Position numbers and translations under genes: made by a program. Shown here piece after piece: positions 39,605 through 50,344 of a stretch of 64,000 nt of DNA. Where the stretch lies: the NCBI GenBank assembly GCA_963666425.2, contig OY762825.2:96001-160000 (forward strand). Direction: 5' to 3'. The notes under the pieces were generated by a model. That model searched no databases. It worked only from the letters and a program-made list of their open reading frames with translations, and was not told the origin of the DNA. How positions within the stretch are numbered: position 1 is the first letter of the stretch; the number at the start of each line of letters is the position of its first letter. Source of the DNA: Bacillota bacterium. GTDB taxonomy: Bacteria; Bacillota; JAAYKD01.

Positions 39605-40381
39605 TTGTTTCAAAGGACCGTCACAATTTGCGTCTGGGCGCCGATTTTTCTGGCTGTGGTTTATTTGGGATCCTGGCCGCTGCGCTTACTGTTTATCGGA
39701 CTGATCATGTTGGGTGCCAATGAAATTAAAAATATGGTAGAACCGTCGGGGATTCAAGTTGACCTGCCGGCCATCACCTTACTGAGCTGCGCCACTTTTT
39801 TCTCACAGCCTTTTTCGGAGATGAGTTTGGTTTGGCTCTTTTTTGGTTTCCTGATGTTTCTATTTTTTAAGAAAGTTCTGCTCTTTCCCGCTTTTTCGCT
39901 GCCGAGTCTGGCAATGAATTGCTTTGTCGCCATGTATCTGATCATCCCTTTTTGGTTGGCTTGTGATTTGCGGCTGGGCGAGGATGGCTTAGCCTGGATT
40001 CTGGTTGTCGCCAGTTTAACCTGGTCCTATGATACGTTTGCTTATTTGGGTGGATATTGCTTTGGCAAGAATCATCCCTTTCCGGAGATCAGCCCCCAAA
40101 AAAGTGTCGAGGGGATTTTTGCCGGTTTGTTGGGCTGCGTAACTTCGATGATCGTGGCAGCTATTCTTTTGCATCAGTCAATTCCTGGTTTTGCCATCAT
40201 GGGTTTGTTCGGCGGTTTGACAGCGCAGGTGGGAGATCTGGCTGAATCTACTATCAAACGCGAGTACGGGGTCAAGGATTCGGGAAAGGTGCTGCCGGGT
40301 CACGGCGGCGTGCTGGATCGTTTTGATTCCTTCCTGCTGGTTGTTTTTGTTGTCTTGATTTTTAAACGTTTTGTATTATAA
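39605..40381 (+). CDS. cdsA: Phosphatidate cytidylyltransferase
   Basis: ISPQKSVEG, GDLAES.IKR..GVKDSG..LPGHGGVLDRFDS; TTG start after GGAGG. Confidence 0.94.
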   Translation: MFQRTVTICVWAPIFLAVVYLGSWPLRLLFIGLIMLGANEIKNMVEPSGIQVDLPAITLLSCATFFSQPFSEMSLVWLFFGFLMFLFFKKVLLFPAFSLPSLAMNCFVAMYLIIPFWLACDLRLGEDGLAWILVVASLTWSYDTFAYLGGYCFGKNHPFPEISPQKSVEGIFAGLLGCVTSMIVAAILLHQSIPGFAIMGLFGGLTAQVGDLAESTIKREYGVKDSGKVLPGHGGVLDRFDSFLLVVFVVLIFKRFVL

Positions 40382-40394
40382 AGAGGTGTCGCGC

Positions 40395-41540
40395 ATGCGT
40401 AAAATAACCATTCTGGGTTCTACCGGTTCCATCGGCACGCAAACCCTGTCGGTGATTGCCGCTTATCCCGAACGCTTCTGCGTCGTTGGTTTATCGGCCC
40501 ATCGCAATCTGACTTTACTGCGAACGCAGATCCGTCAGTTTCAGCCGCAGATCGTTACAGTCTCGCAAGTTACAGATGCTCGGCTCTTACGACAGGAATT
40601 TCCCGGTTTGCAGGTCGTTTACGGCGAAGAGGGACTGATCGAATTGGCGCAAGTGCCGGTCGATTGTCTGGTGGCAGCGCTGATCGGTTTTGTTGGTCTA
40701 CAGCCGATCCTGGCTGCACTGAAGATCGGTCAGAGAGTCGCCTTGGCGAATAAAGAACCGATTGTCGCAGCCGGCGCTTTATTGCAAGCCACAGCGGCAG
40801 AGCATCACGGTCTGATTTTTCCGGTTGACAGCGAACATTCCGCAATCTTTCAATGTTTGCACGGCAATCCAAACGAAGTGGAGAAAGTCATCCTGACTGC
40901 ATCGGGCGGGCCCTTTTATCAAAAAAGCAGAATGGAACTGGCTGCTGTCACCCCGACGGAGGCGATTCGGCATCCACGCTGGCATATGGGAAAAAAGCTG
41001 TCGGTCGATTCGGCTACTTTGATGAACAAAGGGTTGGAAGTGATTGAAGCGCGCTGGCTATTCAATCTGAAACCGGAGCAACTCGAAATCGTACTGCATC
41101 CGCAAAGCATCGTGCACGCCATGGTCAGCTATGTGGATGGTTCGTTGTTTTGGCATCTGGGCAATCCCGACATGCGGATGCCGATTGCCTATGCTTTGTC
41201 TTATCCGGACCGGATCTGTTTGCCAATTCCCAGACTTGATTGGCAGACACTCTCGCACCTGGAATTTACCGAACCGGACAGGGAACGTTTCCCCGCTCTG
41301 CAGATCGCCCGCAGCGCACTGCTTGGCGGCGGCATCCTGCCTGCGGTGATGAGCGCTGCCAATGAGGAAGCAGTGGAAGCATTTTTAGAAGAGAAAATTT
41401 CCTTTCTGCAGATCATTCCGCTGGTGGAAACGATTCTGGAGCAAGTCAGCGAGAATTTACCGGCAACCTACGAGCATATTATCGCCTCTGACAATTGGGC
41501 CAGAGTTCAGACCCGGGCTGCCATCTGCAGCATGATCTAA
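40395..41540 (+). CDS. dxr: 1-deoxy-D-xylulose 5-phosphate reductoisomerase
   Basis: LGSTGSIG, LANKE, PVDSEH, NKGLEVIEA. Confidence 0.96.
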   Translation: MRKITILGSTGSIGTQTLSVIAAYPERFCVVGLSAHRNLTLLRTQIRQFQPQIVTVSQVTDARLLRQEFPGLQVVYGEEGLIELAQVPVDCLVAALIGFVGLQPILAALKIGQRVALANKEPIVAAGALLQATAAEHHGLIFPVDSEHSAIFQCLHGNPNEVEKVILTASGGPFYQKSRMELAAVTPTEAIRHPRWHMGKKLSVDSATLMNKGLEVIEARWLFNLKPEQLEIVLHPQSIVHAMVSYVDGSLFWHLGNPDMRMPIAYALSYPDRICLPIPRLDWQTLSHLEFTEPDRERFPALQIARSALLGGGILPAVMSAANEEAVEAFLEEKISFLQIIPLVETILEQVSENLPATYEHIIASDNWARVQTRAAICSMI

Positions 41541-41560
41541 GAAAAAAGAATGAGTAGGAG

Positions 41561-42589
41561 ATGATCGGACTGATCGTATCAATAATAGTAGCAATTCTTG
41601 GTTTTGGTTTGTTGGTTGTGATTCATGAATCGGGACATTTTCTCGTAGCACGCTGTTTTGGTATTCAAGCGGATGAATTTGCCATTGGCATGGGGCCCCG
41701 CATCGCTTCCATCAAAAGAGGGAAGACCCGCTATGCACTGCGAGCGATTCCGGTCGGCGCCTTTGTGATGTTTGCTGATCTGGATGACGACGAAGAAGCA
41801 ACAGCGGTCAACAACGATTATTTGAACGCAGCGGCTTATAAAAGATTTTTTATTTCATTGGCCGGACCGCTGTTCAATTTCATCTTTGCCGCCTTGATTT
41901 TTACTTTGATCGCTTTCTTTTCCGGAGTCGCCAGCAATCAGCCGGTGATAGGCGCACTTCTGCCGGGTGGAGCGGCGGAAGCGGCAGGAATGCAGATTGG
42001 AGACCGCCTGCTTGCTATTGACGGGACGGAAATCAAGTTATGGAGTGATATTACTGCCTTGATTTCACCCTCTGCCGAGAAAAATATTTTAGTGGAAATT
42101 GCAAGGGATGGCGAGCGGCTGCAGTTTAGCCTCAAACCAGTTCTCAACAGTGAGGGCAGAGGTGTCATCGGTATTTCCAGCGGCTTGGAACAATATGCTG
42201 CCTGGAAAAGTCTGCAGGCTGGTGTATCAAATACAATGACCTTTATCAGCGAAACCCTGGCTGTCTTTACGCGAATTTTCTCCAAGGATGTTTTGAGCAG
42301 TTTGGTCGGACCGATCGGCATTGTTTCGGTGACCGGTCAGGTAGCACAAACAGGCTTTACCAATTATATTTGGTTCATTGCCTACCTCAGTGTCAATTTG
42401 GGGATTGTCAATCTGCTGCCTTTGCCGGCTTTGGACGGCGGTAAAACGATGATTGTTCTTTTAGAAATGATACGCGGTAAAAAAATCAGTGCGAAACTGG
42501 AAAGCATGCTCAGCATCGTTGGTTTCGTCTTGATTTTTAGTTTGATTATTTTTGTTTCTTTCCGTGATATCATTAATTTGCGCGGTTAA
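41561..42589 (+). CDS. rseP: RseP/RasP M50 intramembrane metalloprotease
   Basis: HESGH, PDZ domain, NLLPLPALDGG. Confidence 0.93.
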   Translation: MIGLIVSIIVAILGFGLLVVIHESGHFLVARCFGIQADEFAIGMGPRIASIKRGKTRYALRAIPVGAFVMFADLDDDEEATAVNNDYLNAAAYKRFFISLAGPLFNFIFAALIFTLIAFFSGVASNQPVIGALLPGGAAEAAGMQIGDRLLAIDGTEIKLWSDITALISPSAEKNILVEIARDGERLQFSLKPVLNSEGRGVIGISSGLEQYAAWKSLQAGVSNTMTFISETLAVFTRIFSKDVLSSLVGPIGIVSVTGQVAQTGFTNYIWFIAYLSVNLGIVNLLPLPALDGGKTMIVLLEMIRGKKISAKLESMLSIVGFVLIFSLIIFVSFRDIINLRG

Positions 42590-42614
42590 AAATAAAGTAA
42601 AGCAGGTGAACGCG

Positions 42615-43688
42615 ATGCTACGGCAGCAAACCAGAAAAATTAAGATCGGCAGCACTCAGATCGGAGCAGGTTCTCCCGTTCTGGTACAGTCTATGTGTGA
42701 TACCGACACGAGGAATATTCCCGCTACAGTGGCTCAGATTCGCGACTTGGCAGCAGCCGGCTGTGAAATCGTGCGGGTCGCGGTTGTCGACTGGGAAGCA
42801 GCCGAAGCGATTGGAAAAATCAAAGCGCAGATCCAGTTGCCGCTGGTGGCGGACATTCATTTTGATTATCGTCTGGCTCTGGAAGCGATCCGGCAGGGGG
42901 TCGACAAACTCAGAATAAATCCGGGTAATATTGGCAGCGATGAGCGGGTCAAAGCAGTGGCTGATGCTGCCAAATGTCAAGGAATTCCGATTCGGATCGG
43001 GGTAAACGGCGGCTCGCTGGAACGCTCCATTCTGGAAAAATACCAGCATCCAACTGCTGCCGCGATGGTGGAGAGTGCCTTACAGCATGTTGCTTTGCTG
43101 CAAAAAAACGCTTTCGAGGATATTGTTCTTTCCTTAAAAGCGTCCAATGTGCTGGAAACGGTAGAAGCGTATCGTTTGGTTGCAAAAGAATGTGATTATC
43201 CGCTGCATTTAGGTATTACAGAAGCCGGACCGCCCAGTACGGGAATCATTCGTTCTTCCGTCGGACTCGGTATCCTGTTGGCGGAGGGATTGGGCGATAC
43301 CATCCGGGTTTCTTTATCCGGCAGTCCTTTGGAAGAGGTGCGGGTAGGCTGGCAGATTCTGAATAACCTCGATTTGCGTCAGCGCGGCGCCAAATTGATT
43401 TCCTGTCCGACCTGCGGCAGACGCAAAGGCGATGTTTATGGCATTGCGGCAGAGGTCGAAAAATTGCTGCGCAGCTATCAGGGTCCCTTCTTAACCGTTG
43501 CCGTGATGGGCTGTGAAGTCAACGGACCGGCGGAAGCGCGCGAGGCTGATATTGGTTTGGCGCTCGGGAAAGAAAAGGCTTTGCTGTTTGTCCATGGTGA
43601 AGTCCAAGAAATTCTTGAACCTACTCAATATCTGGAACATCTGGCAGCAGCCATACAAGTCTATCAGTCAAAAAGTGCAGCAAAATAG
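42615..43688 (+). CDS. ispG: HMBPP synthase
   Basis: VQSM, ADIHF, RINPGN, CPTCGR, VMGCEVNG. Confidence 0.96.
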   Translation: MLRQQTRKIKIGSTQIGAGSPVLVQSMCDTDTRNIPATVAQIRDLAAAGCEIVRVAVVDWEAAEAIGKIKAQIQLPLVADIHFDYRLALEAIRQGVDKLRINPGNIGSDERVKAVADAAKCQGIPIRIGVNGGSLERSILEKYQHPTAAAMVESALQHVALLQKNAFEDIVLSLKASNVLETVEAYRLVAKECDYPLHLGITEAGPPSTGIIRSSVGLGILLAEGLGDTIRVSLSGSPLEEVRVGWQILNNLDLRQRGAKLISCPTCGRRKGDVYGIAAEVEKLLRSYQGPFLTVAVMGCEVNGPAEAREADIGLALGKEKALLFVHGEVQEILEPTQYLEHLAAAIQVYQSKSAAK

Positions 43689-43737
43689 AAAGGCAATGCG
43701 ATTAGGAGCGATCTTGTCGTTATTTTTCGATTGCTTA

Positions 43738-43810
43738 TTGCATCCGCAGCAAATCTATGCTATAATCTTATTCAATAGTCGAGAGTGGGAATTCCCACTC
43801 TCTCTTCTTT
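43738..43810 (+). promoter_or_regulatory. rimP promoter and rimP leader hairpin
   Basis: TTGCAT-17-TATAAT, then GAGAGTGGGAATTCCCACTCTC with a T-rich tail, matching the known rimP leader. Confidence 0.8.
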
Positions 43811-43830
43811 GTGTAAAGGAATGATGATCG

Positions 43831-44292
43831 ATGAAAACACCGCTGGAACGATGCAAAGAAATTGCGGAAAAAATCGCCTCTGAACTTGGTTATGAAATTT
43901 ATCAGGTGCAGCTTGTGAGAGAAACAGGCCATTTAATTCTACGTATTAGCATAGATCATCCGGATCAGATCAGCCATGAGGATTGCGAGAAATTTAGCAA
44001 AGCCATTGATCCTGCTTTGGATGAGGCGGATCCCATTCGCAGTAATTACTACCTGGAGGTTTCCTCACCAGGTTTGGAGCGCGAGCTGCGCAATGATCGC
44101 GATCTGCAGCGTTTTCTTGGGTTTCTAGTCAAAGTGCAGTGCAGTAAAGCCGTGTTGGAGCAAAAAATACAAGTGGGTTATTTATCGGCGTTTGATCAGG
44201 AAAGCATAATCCTGGAGCAGAATGGAAATCAGATTGTCATCCCGCGTGGCGTGATAAAAAAAGTCCAACTGGAAATTGATTGGAACAGATAG
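43831..44292 (+). CDS. rimP: Ribosome maturation factor RimP
   Basis: EDCEKFS, YYLEVSSPGLER. Confidence 0.95.
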   Translation: MKTPLERCKEIAEKIASELGYEIYQVQLVRETGHLILRISIDHPDQISHEDCEKFSKAIDPALDEADPIRSNYYLEVSSPGLERELRNDRDLQRFLGFLVKVQCSKAVLEQKIQVGYLSAFDQESIILEQNGNQIVIPRGVIKKVQLEIDWNR

Positions 44293-44336
44293 AGAGAAAT
44301 TCGTTTATCTGACAGATCAGAAGGAGTCGTAATTGT

Positions 44337-45398
44337 ATGAATACCGAATTCATAGAAGCGCTGCGTGCCGTTGCACGTGAAAAAAATATCTCTGAAGACG
44401 TTTTAAATAAAACGATTGAGCAAGCGATCGTATCAGCTTATAAACGAAATTTCAACAACACCGCCAATGTGCGGGTCAGCATCGATCAGTTAACCGGTGC
44501 GATCCACGTTTATGCCAGGAAAACGATTGTAGCAGAAATCAAAGATCTTAAGAGCGAAGAGACGCTGGAAAATGCCCAGCTGCTCAATCCCAATTATCAG
44601 CTGAATGATGTAATCGAGACCGAAGTGACGCCTCGCGATTTTGGCAGAATTGCCGCTCAAACCGCAAAACAGGTTGTTGTCCAGCGTTTGCGGGAAGCGG
44701 AAAGAGGTTTAGTTTACGATCAGTATGCGGAACGCGAAGGTGATATCCTGGGTGGTATGATTCAGCGCTTCGAACATAAAAATATCATTGTGGAGTTGGA
44801 GAATCAGGTAGAAGCGCTGCTGCCGGCAGGGGAACAGGTAGCCGGTGAAGAATATCAATTAGGACAGAAAATGAGCTTTTTTGTGGTTGAAGTCAAGCGC
44901 TCGCCTAAAGGTCCTCAAATCGTTGCTTCCCGCTCCCATCCCGGTCTCTTGCGCCGTTTATTCGAATTGGAAGTACCGGAATTATACGACGGTACGATCG
45001 AGATGAAAGCCGTTGCCCGCGAAGCAGGACAGCGCTCTAAGGTTTCAGTCTATTCGAAAGATGAAAATGTGGATCCGGTTGGCTCTTGTGTCGGTCCCAA
45101 GGGTGCCCGCGTCCAAGCGGTAGTCAATGAGCTGAAGGGTGAGAAAATAGATATCGTCAAGTTTTCTCCTGATCCGGCCGAGTATATCGCTAATGCCCTC
45201 AGTCCGGCCAAAACAATTTCGGTCGCCCTCAATGAAGACGGCAAATCAGCCAGAGTCATCGTACCGGATTATCAATTATCCTTAGCGATTGGCAAGGAAG
45301 GGCAAAATGTCCGCCTTGCTGCCAAACTGACAGGCTTTAAAATTGATATTAAAAGTGAAAATCAATTACAGGCAGAACCTGTCAGCAGACAGGAATAA
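44337..45398 (+). CDS. nusA: Transcription factor NusA
   Basis: FGRIAAQTAKQ, AREAG, LSLAIGKEGQNVRLA. Confidence 0.97.
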   Translation: MNTEFIEALRAVAREKNISEDVLNKTIEQAIVSAYKRNFNNTANVRVSIDQLTGAIHVYARKTIVAEIKDLKSEETLENAQLLNPNYQLNDVIETEVTPRDFGRIAAQTAKQVVVQRLREAERGLVYDQYAEREGDILGGMIQRFEHKNIIVELENQVEALLPAGEQVAGEEYQLGQKMSFFVVEVKRSPKGPQIVASRSHPGLLRRLFELEVPELYDGTIEMKAVAREAGQRSKVSVYSKDENVDPVGSCVGPKGARVQAVVNELKGEKIDIVKFSPDPAEYIANALSPAKTISVALNEDGKSARVIVPDYQLSLAIGKEGQNVRLAAKLTGFKIDIKSENQLQAEPVSRQE

Positions 45399-45404
45399 AA
45401 GTGG

Positions 45405-45713
45405 GTGATGCAGATGAAGCAAAAGAAAACACCGCAGCGTTTATGTGTAGGCTGTCAGGAGATGCATGAAAAACGTGCATTGATCCGCATTGTCAGAACT
45501 CCCGAAGGGGAGATCCTCTTGGATCTCAAGGGGAAACAATCCGGCAGAGGTGTTTATCTTTGCCCGCGCACAGAATGCTTTACACAGGCAGTCAAAGCCA
45601 AACGGATGCAAAAAGCCTTAAAATCAGAATTGTCCGCCGAACTCATTGCGAGATTACAGGCACAGATTACAGAGCAGGAAGCTTTGGCGACAAAGCCGAA
45701 TCTGCTTTCGTAA
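45405..45713 (+). CDS. ylxR: YlxR/RnpM family RNA-binding protein
   Basis: PQRLCVGC, LIRIVR, GRGVYLC. Confidence 0.92.
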   Translation: MMQMKQKKTPQRLCVGCQEMHEKRALIRIVRTPEGEILLDLKGKQSGRGVYLCPRTECFTQAVKAKRMQKALKSELSAELIARLQAQITEQEALATKPNLLS

Positions 45714-45863
45714 ACTGACCTGATATTAATATAGAATCATCTCTCTGTTTTTCAGTGTTCCTTCGTTTCTACATTGATGCAGACTGCCGATCATTCGATT
45801 AGGAGGGGTCAAGTCTATTCTATAACTGGATCTGGTAATTTACCGAAAAATGGAGGTGGCTCG

Positions 45864-48800
45864 ATGGGTAATATCACTGTTAATGAATTAGCCAAAAAAT
45901 TAAAAGTTTCCAGCAAGTTGATCGGAAGTCTCTTGACTGCGCTGGAGATTCCTGATGTAACCAATGAAACCATGATTGAAGATTCTGTGGAAAAAGCAGT
46001 TTCTGATGTCATTATGCGAGAAAAAGCCAAAAAGAACGCGCTGAAAGCGGAAAAAGAAGCGCAAGCAGAAACAATAAAAGTGAATATCAAACCGGATGCG
46101 GTCCTGCCGGAAGCGCTGAACACGGAAGCGCAAGTTTTGCATGTACAGACCGAAGCCAAATCGGCGGAAGTGGTGCTCGATGGCAAGACAGAACTAAGCA
46201 CGTCTGAGGAGAAGCTTGCTTCTGCTCTGCCGTCAACCGAAATACAAAACCAGGCGGCAGCTCCAGTTGTCAGACCTGCGCCGGCAAGACCGATGCAGCA
46301 AGGTCCGAATCAACCCGGCAGTACCTACGCCAATCAACGTCCGAACCAGCCGGCCGGCACACGCCCGGATGGAACCAGACCGCAATATCCGCGCACGGAT
46401 GCACCGCGTCCGCAGGGCGATGACCAGCGTCCGCCCTACACACCGCGCCCACAGGGTGATGCCCAGCGTCCGCCTTATACGCCGCGTCCGCAAGGAGATG
46501 CTCAGCGTCCGCCTTATACGCCGCGTCCGCAAGGGGATGCCCAGCGTCCGCCTTATACGCCGCGTCCGCAAGGAGATGCCCAGCGTCCGCCTTATACGCC
46601 GCGTCCGCAAGGAGATGCCCAGCGTCCGCCTTATCCGCCGCGTCCGCAAGGAGATGCTCAACGTCCGCCTTATCCGCCGCGTCCGCAAGGCGATGCCCAG
46701 CGTCCTCCTTATCCGCCGCGTCCGCAAGGCGATGGTCAGCGTCCTCCTTATCCGCCGCGTCCGCAGGGCGATGGTCAGCGTCCGCCTTATCCGCCGCGTC
46801 CGCAAGGCGATGGTCAGCGTCCGTCTTATCCGCCACGGCCTCAAGGTGATGGCCAGCGTCCGTCCTATCCGCCGCGGCCTCAAGGCGATGGTCAGCGTCC
46901 ATCTTATCCGCCGCGCCCGGGTATGCAGCAAAATCAGGGTGCCAGAACAGATAATCGTCAGCAGCGTTCCGGCCGTCCGGCGGTCGTTCCGCCGCCGCCG
47001 CAGATTGCACAGCCGGTCACAACCGGCAACAAGATGGTCAAAAAGGACCGCAAATACTCCGACGAACGGTATCGCACACAGGATCGCATGTTTTCTTCCG
47101 ACGGCGAAGCAGCACGTGCCGGTCGTGCCAATAAAAACGGCCGTAAGCCGAATAACCGCAGTAAAATGGTGGAAAAAGTCCTGAATACACAAACCCCCAG
47201 CCATATCGAGCTGGGCGGAACCGTGACAGTCAAGGGTTTGGCTGATTTGCTGAAAACCGATGCCGCTTCTGTGATCAAAAAAATGATGAAGTTTGGCGTC
47301 ATGGCCACTATGAATCAGGAAATCGATTTGGATACCGCAACGCTGGTTGTCGAAGAATTCGGCAGTACGGTGATTGCCCCCAAAGAAGCGTTTAACCCGG
47401 AAACAATTATTGAAGACGAAACAGATACCGAAGAAAACCTGCTGCCGCGTTCACCGGTCGTCACCGTCATGGGCCACGTCGATCACGGTAAAACTTCACT
47501 TTTGGATGCAATCCGCTCCACCAGCGTGGCTACGCGGGAAGCCGGCGGCATCACACAGGCGATCGGCGCGTATACCACAGAAATCAAAGGAAAAAAAATC
47601 ACATTCCTGGATACCCCGGGACATGCGGCATTTACTGCCATGCGTGCCCGCGGCGCTCAGGTCACGGATATCGCTGTTTTGGTTGTTGCCGCCGACGATG
47701 GTGTCATGCCGCAGACGATTGAAGCAATCAATCACGCCAAAGCGGCAAAAGTGCCAATCATCGTAGCAATCAATAAAATCGATCGCAGCAATGCCCAGCC
47801 GGAACGTGTGAAGCAGCAGCTGACTGAATATGGTCTTGTCGCGGAAGAGTGGGGCGGCGACACCATAATGGTGCCGGTTTCTGCCAACACGCATGAGGGG
47901 ATCGATACTTTACTGGAAAGTATTATCTTGCTCTCCGAGATCATGGAATTAAAAGCCAATCCGAATCGCAAAGCGGTCGGCACAGTCATCGAATCCAAAC
48001 TGGACAAAGGCCGCGGACCGGTCGCGACGGTTTTGGTGCATAAAGGTACCTTGAATATTGGTGATGTGCTCATTGTCGGCAAGACATTTGGCAAAGTACG
48101 TGCCATGATCGACGACAAGGGCAGACGCATTAAGAAAGCCGGACCTTCCACTCCAGTGGAGGTGGTTGGTTTGAGCGAAGTACCGGATTCCAGTGATTCT
48201 TTCTACGTAGTAGAAGATGAACGTCAAGCCAGACAATTGGCTGAAATGCGGGCTTCCAACCAAAAAATCGAAGAACAGAAGCAATCAAGCCGCATTACTC
48301 TGGAAGATTTGTTCACGCAAATGTCCACCGGTGAAGTGAAAGATCTTAATCTGATCCTGAAAGCGGATGTTTTTGGCTCCATCGATGCCATTAAAAACGC
48401 CTTGGAAAAGCTCTCCACCCCGGAAATCAAAGTCAATATCGTGCATACCGGTGTCGGCGCCATTTCAGAAACAGATGTCATGCTGGCCAGCGCTTCGCAT
48501 GCCATTATCATCGGTTTCAATATGCGGCCGGACCAAAATGCTCAAAAAATAGCCGATCAGCAATCGATTGATATCCGGACTTACCGTATCATTTATGAAA
48601 TTGTTGATGATGTGAAAGCCGCGATGAAGGGATTACTCTCACCTGTAATTAAAGACACGATTATCGGTCATGTGGAAGTCCGCGAGGTCTTCCGTATTTC
48701 CAAGATCGGCAACATTGCCGGCTGCTATGTTAATGACGGTAAAGTGACACGCAGTTCTTTGGTACGTGTGATTCGTGATGGCACTGTAGTCTTTGAAGGT

Positions 48801-48953
48801 GAAATTGATTCACTCCGCCGCTTAAAGGACGATGTCAAGGAAGTGGCTGCCGGTTACGAATGTGGTATCATGTTGGAACGCTTCAACGACATCAAAACCG
48901 GAGACCGTTTTGAAGTTTATATTAAAGAAGAAGTCAAACGGACCGACCTCTAA
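45864..48953 (+). CDS. infB: Translation initiation factor IF-2 with a long repetitive N-terminal linker
   Basis: [17 protein letters not shown]; start at the ATG after GGAGGTG. Confidence 0.97.
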   Translation: MGNITVNELAKKLKVSSKLIGSLLTALEIPDVTNETMIEDSVEKAVSDVIMREKAKKNALKAEKEAQAETIKVNIKPDAVLPEALNTEAQVLHVQTEAKSAEVVLDGKTELSTSEEKLASALPSTEIQNQAAAPVVRPAPARPMQQGPNQPGSTYANQRPNQPAGTRPDGTRPQYPRTDAPRPQGDDQRPPYTPRPQGDAQRPPYTPRPQGDAQRPPYTPRPQGDAQRPPYTPRPQGDAQRPPYTPRPQGDAQRPPYPPRPQGDAQRPPYPPRPQGDAQRPPYPPRPQGDGQRPPYPPRPQGDGQRPPYPPRPQGDGQRPSYPPRPQGDGQRPSYPPRPQGDGQRPSYPPRPGMQQNQGARTDNRQQRSGRPAVVPPPPQIAQPVTTGNKMVKKDRKYSDERYRTQDRMFSSDGEAARAGRANKNGRKPNNRSKMVEKVLNTQTPSHIELGGTVTVKGLADLLKTDAASVIKKMMKFGVMATMNQEIDLDTATLVVEEFGSTVIAPKEAFNPETIIEDETDTEENLLPRSPVVTVMGHVDHGKTSLLDAIRSTSVATREAGGITQAIGAYTTEIKGKKITFLDTPGHAAFTAMRARGAQVTDIAVLVVAADDGVMPQTIEAINHAKAAKVPIIVAINKIDRSNAQPERVKQQLTEYGLVAEEWGGDTIMVPVSANTHEGIDTLLESIILLSEIMELKANPNRKAVGTVIESKLDKGRGPVATVLVHKGTLNIGDVLIVGKTFGKVRAMIDDKGRRIKKAGPSTPVEVVGLSEVPDSSDSFYVVEDERQARQLAEMRASNQKIEEQKQSSRITLEDLFTQMSTGEVKDLNLILKADVFGSIDAIKNALEKLSTPEIKVNIVHTGVGAISETDVMLASASHAIIIGFNMRPDQNAQKIADQQSIDIRTYRIIYEIVDDVKAAMKGLLSPVIKDTIIGHVEVREVFRISKIGNIAGCYVNDGKVTRSSLVRVIRDGTVVFEGEIDSLRRLKDDVKEVAAGYECGIMLERFNDIKTGDRFEVYIKEEVKRTDL
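46407..46913 (+). repeat. 13 x 39-bp coding tandem repeat (RPQGD[DAG]QRP[PS]Y[TP]P)
   Basis: Direct count of units in sequence and translation. Confidence 0.95.
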
Positions 48954-48978
48954 TTTTCCTTAAAAGGAGAGAAATGCG

Positions 48979-49347
48979 ATGAAACAAAGAGCTTTGCGTC
49001 TTGCTGAAATTATTAAACAAGTCGTCAGCGAATTGATCCTGAATGACCTGCGTGATCCTCGCATCGGTTTTGTCAGCGTTTCCGATGTGGAGGTCAGTGG
49101 TGATTTGCGTTTGGTCAAAATCTATGTCAGTGTTTTAGGTTCGGAAGCAGAGCAAAAAGCCACCATGCAAGGTTTGGAGAGTGCCAAGGGTTTGATTCGT
49201 TCCACCATTGGCCAAGCAGTCAGTTTACGTTATACGCCGGATGTAGTGATTCTCTACGATGATTCCATTGCACATGGCTCCGAATTGATCGACTTAATGA
49301 AAAAAGTCAGTGATCAAGCGAAAATTGATCCAAACGAAAAAGTTTAG
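48979..49347 (+). CDS. rbfA: Ribosome-binding factor A
   Basis: DPRIGFVSV, DLRLVKIYVS, LRYTP. Confidence 0.95.
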   Translation: MKQRALRLAEIIKQVVSELILNDLRDPRIGFVSVSDVEVSGDLRLVKIYVSVLGSEAEQKATMQGLESAKGLIRSTIGQAVSLRYTPDVVILYDDSIAHGSELIDLMKKVSDQAKIDPNEKV

Positions 49348-49369
49348 TATCAAAAAACGAGGTGTCACT

Positions 49370-50344
49370 ATGGCAAATCGATTTGAAGCAAAAGAGGCGG
49401 CAGGGATTTTATCCCAGTCGCCCCTTTTCACACTGATTTATCATCAGCATCCGGATGGAGACTGCTTGGGCAGCACGGTAGCCCTGTCGCAAATGCTGCG
49501 CTTAGCGGGTGCGACGGTCCAGATTGTTGATGACGAACGGATTATTCCACGTTTATTGCAGCCCCTGTTGGAGGGGATCGAGCTGATGGCCAGTAAAACG
49601 ATTGAAAAAGTCGGCATTCTGATTTTAGTGGATTGCTGTGAACCGAAACGTACACCCACTTTCTGGCAAAAACTGTTGGATTTGAGTGAACGAATTCTGG
49701 TGATTGACCATCATCTAACGGCCTCGAGCTGTGGTTATGATGGTTGGATTGACGTCAAGGCGGCCGCTACCGCAGAAATGCTGACAGAATTGCTGGTGCT
49801 GCAGCCAAGGTGGCAAACGGAAAGTATCTGCCGCAGTTTATTTGTCGGCTTGGCTGCCGATACAGGTTTCTTTCACTATGCCAATACGACAGCGGCAACT
49901 TTTCAGGCGGCAGCTGTTTTACGGCAAAATCCCAACAGCGTTTATCAGCGCTATTTTTCTAATTATACGCTGCATGAAGTGCAGGCTTTTGGCGTTGCTC
50001 TGCAGCGTTTGCAGTCTGAAGAAGGGTTACTGTCTACCTACTTCAATTATGATGAAATGCAGCAACTGCAGGACAGTGATATCATCAGCGAGGTGCTGGA
50101 AATGCTGCAGTGTGTTGATGGCTGCAGCATCGTGGCTTTTATGAAAGAAATTGACCACGATGTTTGGAAAATTTCTCTGCGTCAGCGGGACAGCGAATAT
50201 GATCTGGCCGCTTTTGCCGCTGCGCGCGGCGGCGGGGGGCATCGCCAGGCGGCGGCATTTCAAAAAAATGGCAGTTTGCAGGAAGTGCAGCAGCAGCTGC
50301 GCAGCGAATGGAAAGATGTTTGGGTACTAGCATGCATGGAGTGA
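49370..50344 (+). CDS. nrnA: DHH/DHHA1 phosphoesterase (NrnA-like)
   Basis: HQHPDGD, VIDHH, DTGFF, GGGGH; rbfA-truB position. Confidence 0.85.
   Translation: MANRFEAKEAAGILSQSPLFTLIYHQHPDGDCLGSTVALSQMLRLAGATVQIVDDERIIPRLLQPLLEGIELMASKTIEKVGILILVDCCEPKRTPTFWQKLLDLSERILVIDHHLTASSCGYDGWIDVKAAATAEMLTELLVLQPRWQTESICRSLFVGLAADTGFFHYANTTAATFQAAAVLRQNPNSVYQRYFSNYTLHEVQAFGVALQRLQSEEGLLSTYFNYDEMQQLQDSDIISEVLEMLQCVDGCSIVAFMKEIDHDVWKISLRQRDSEYDLAAFAAARGGGGHRQAAAFQKNGSLQEVQQQLRSEWKDVWVLACME

Noticed and set aside
46407-46913. Possible CRISPR array
   Set aside because: Head-to-tail units without unique spacers, in frame within infB, and no cas genes
46216-47204. Three long alternative-frame ORFs (322, 323 and 246 aa) overlapping infB
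   Set aside because: They arise because the GC-rich 39-bp repeat lacks stop codons in those frames; no RBS support, and variation between units is largely synonymous in the IF2 frame
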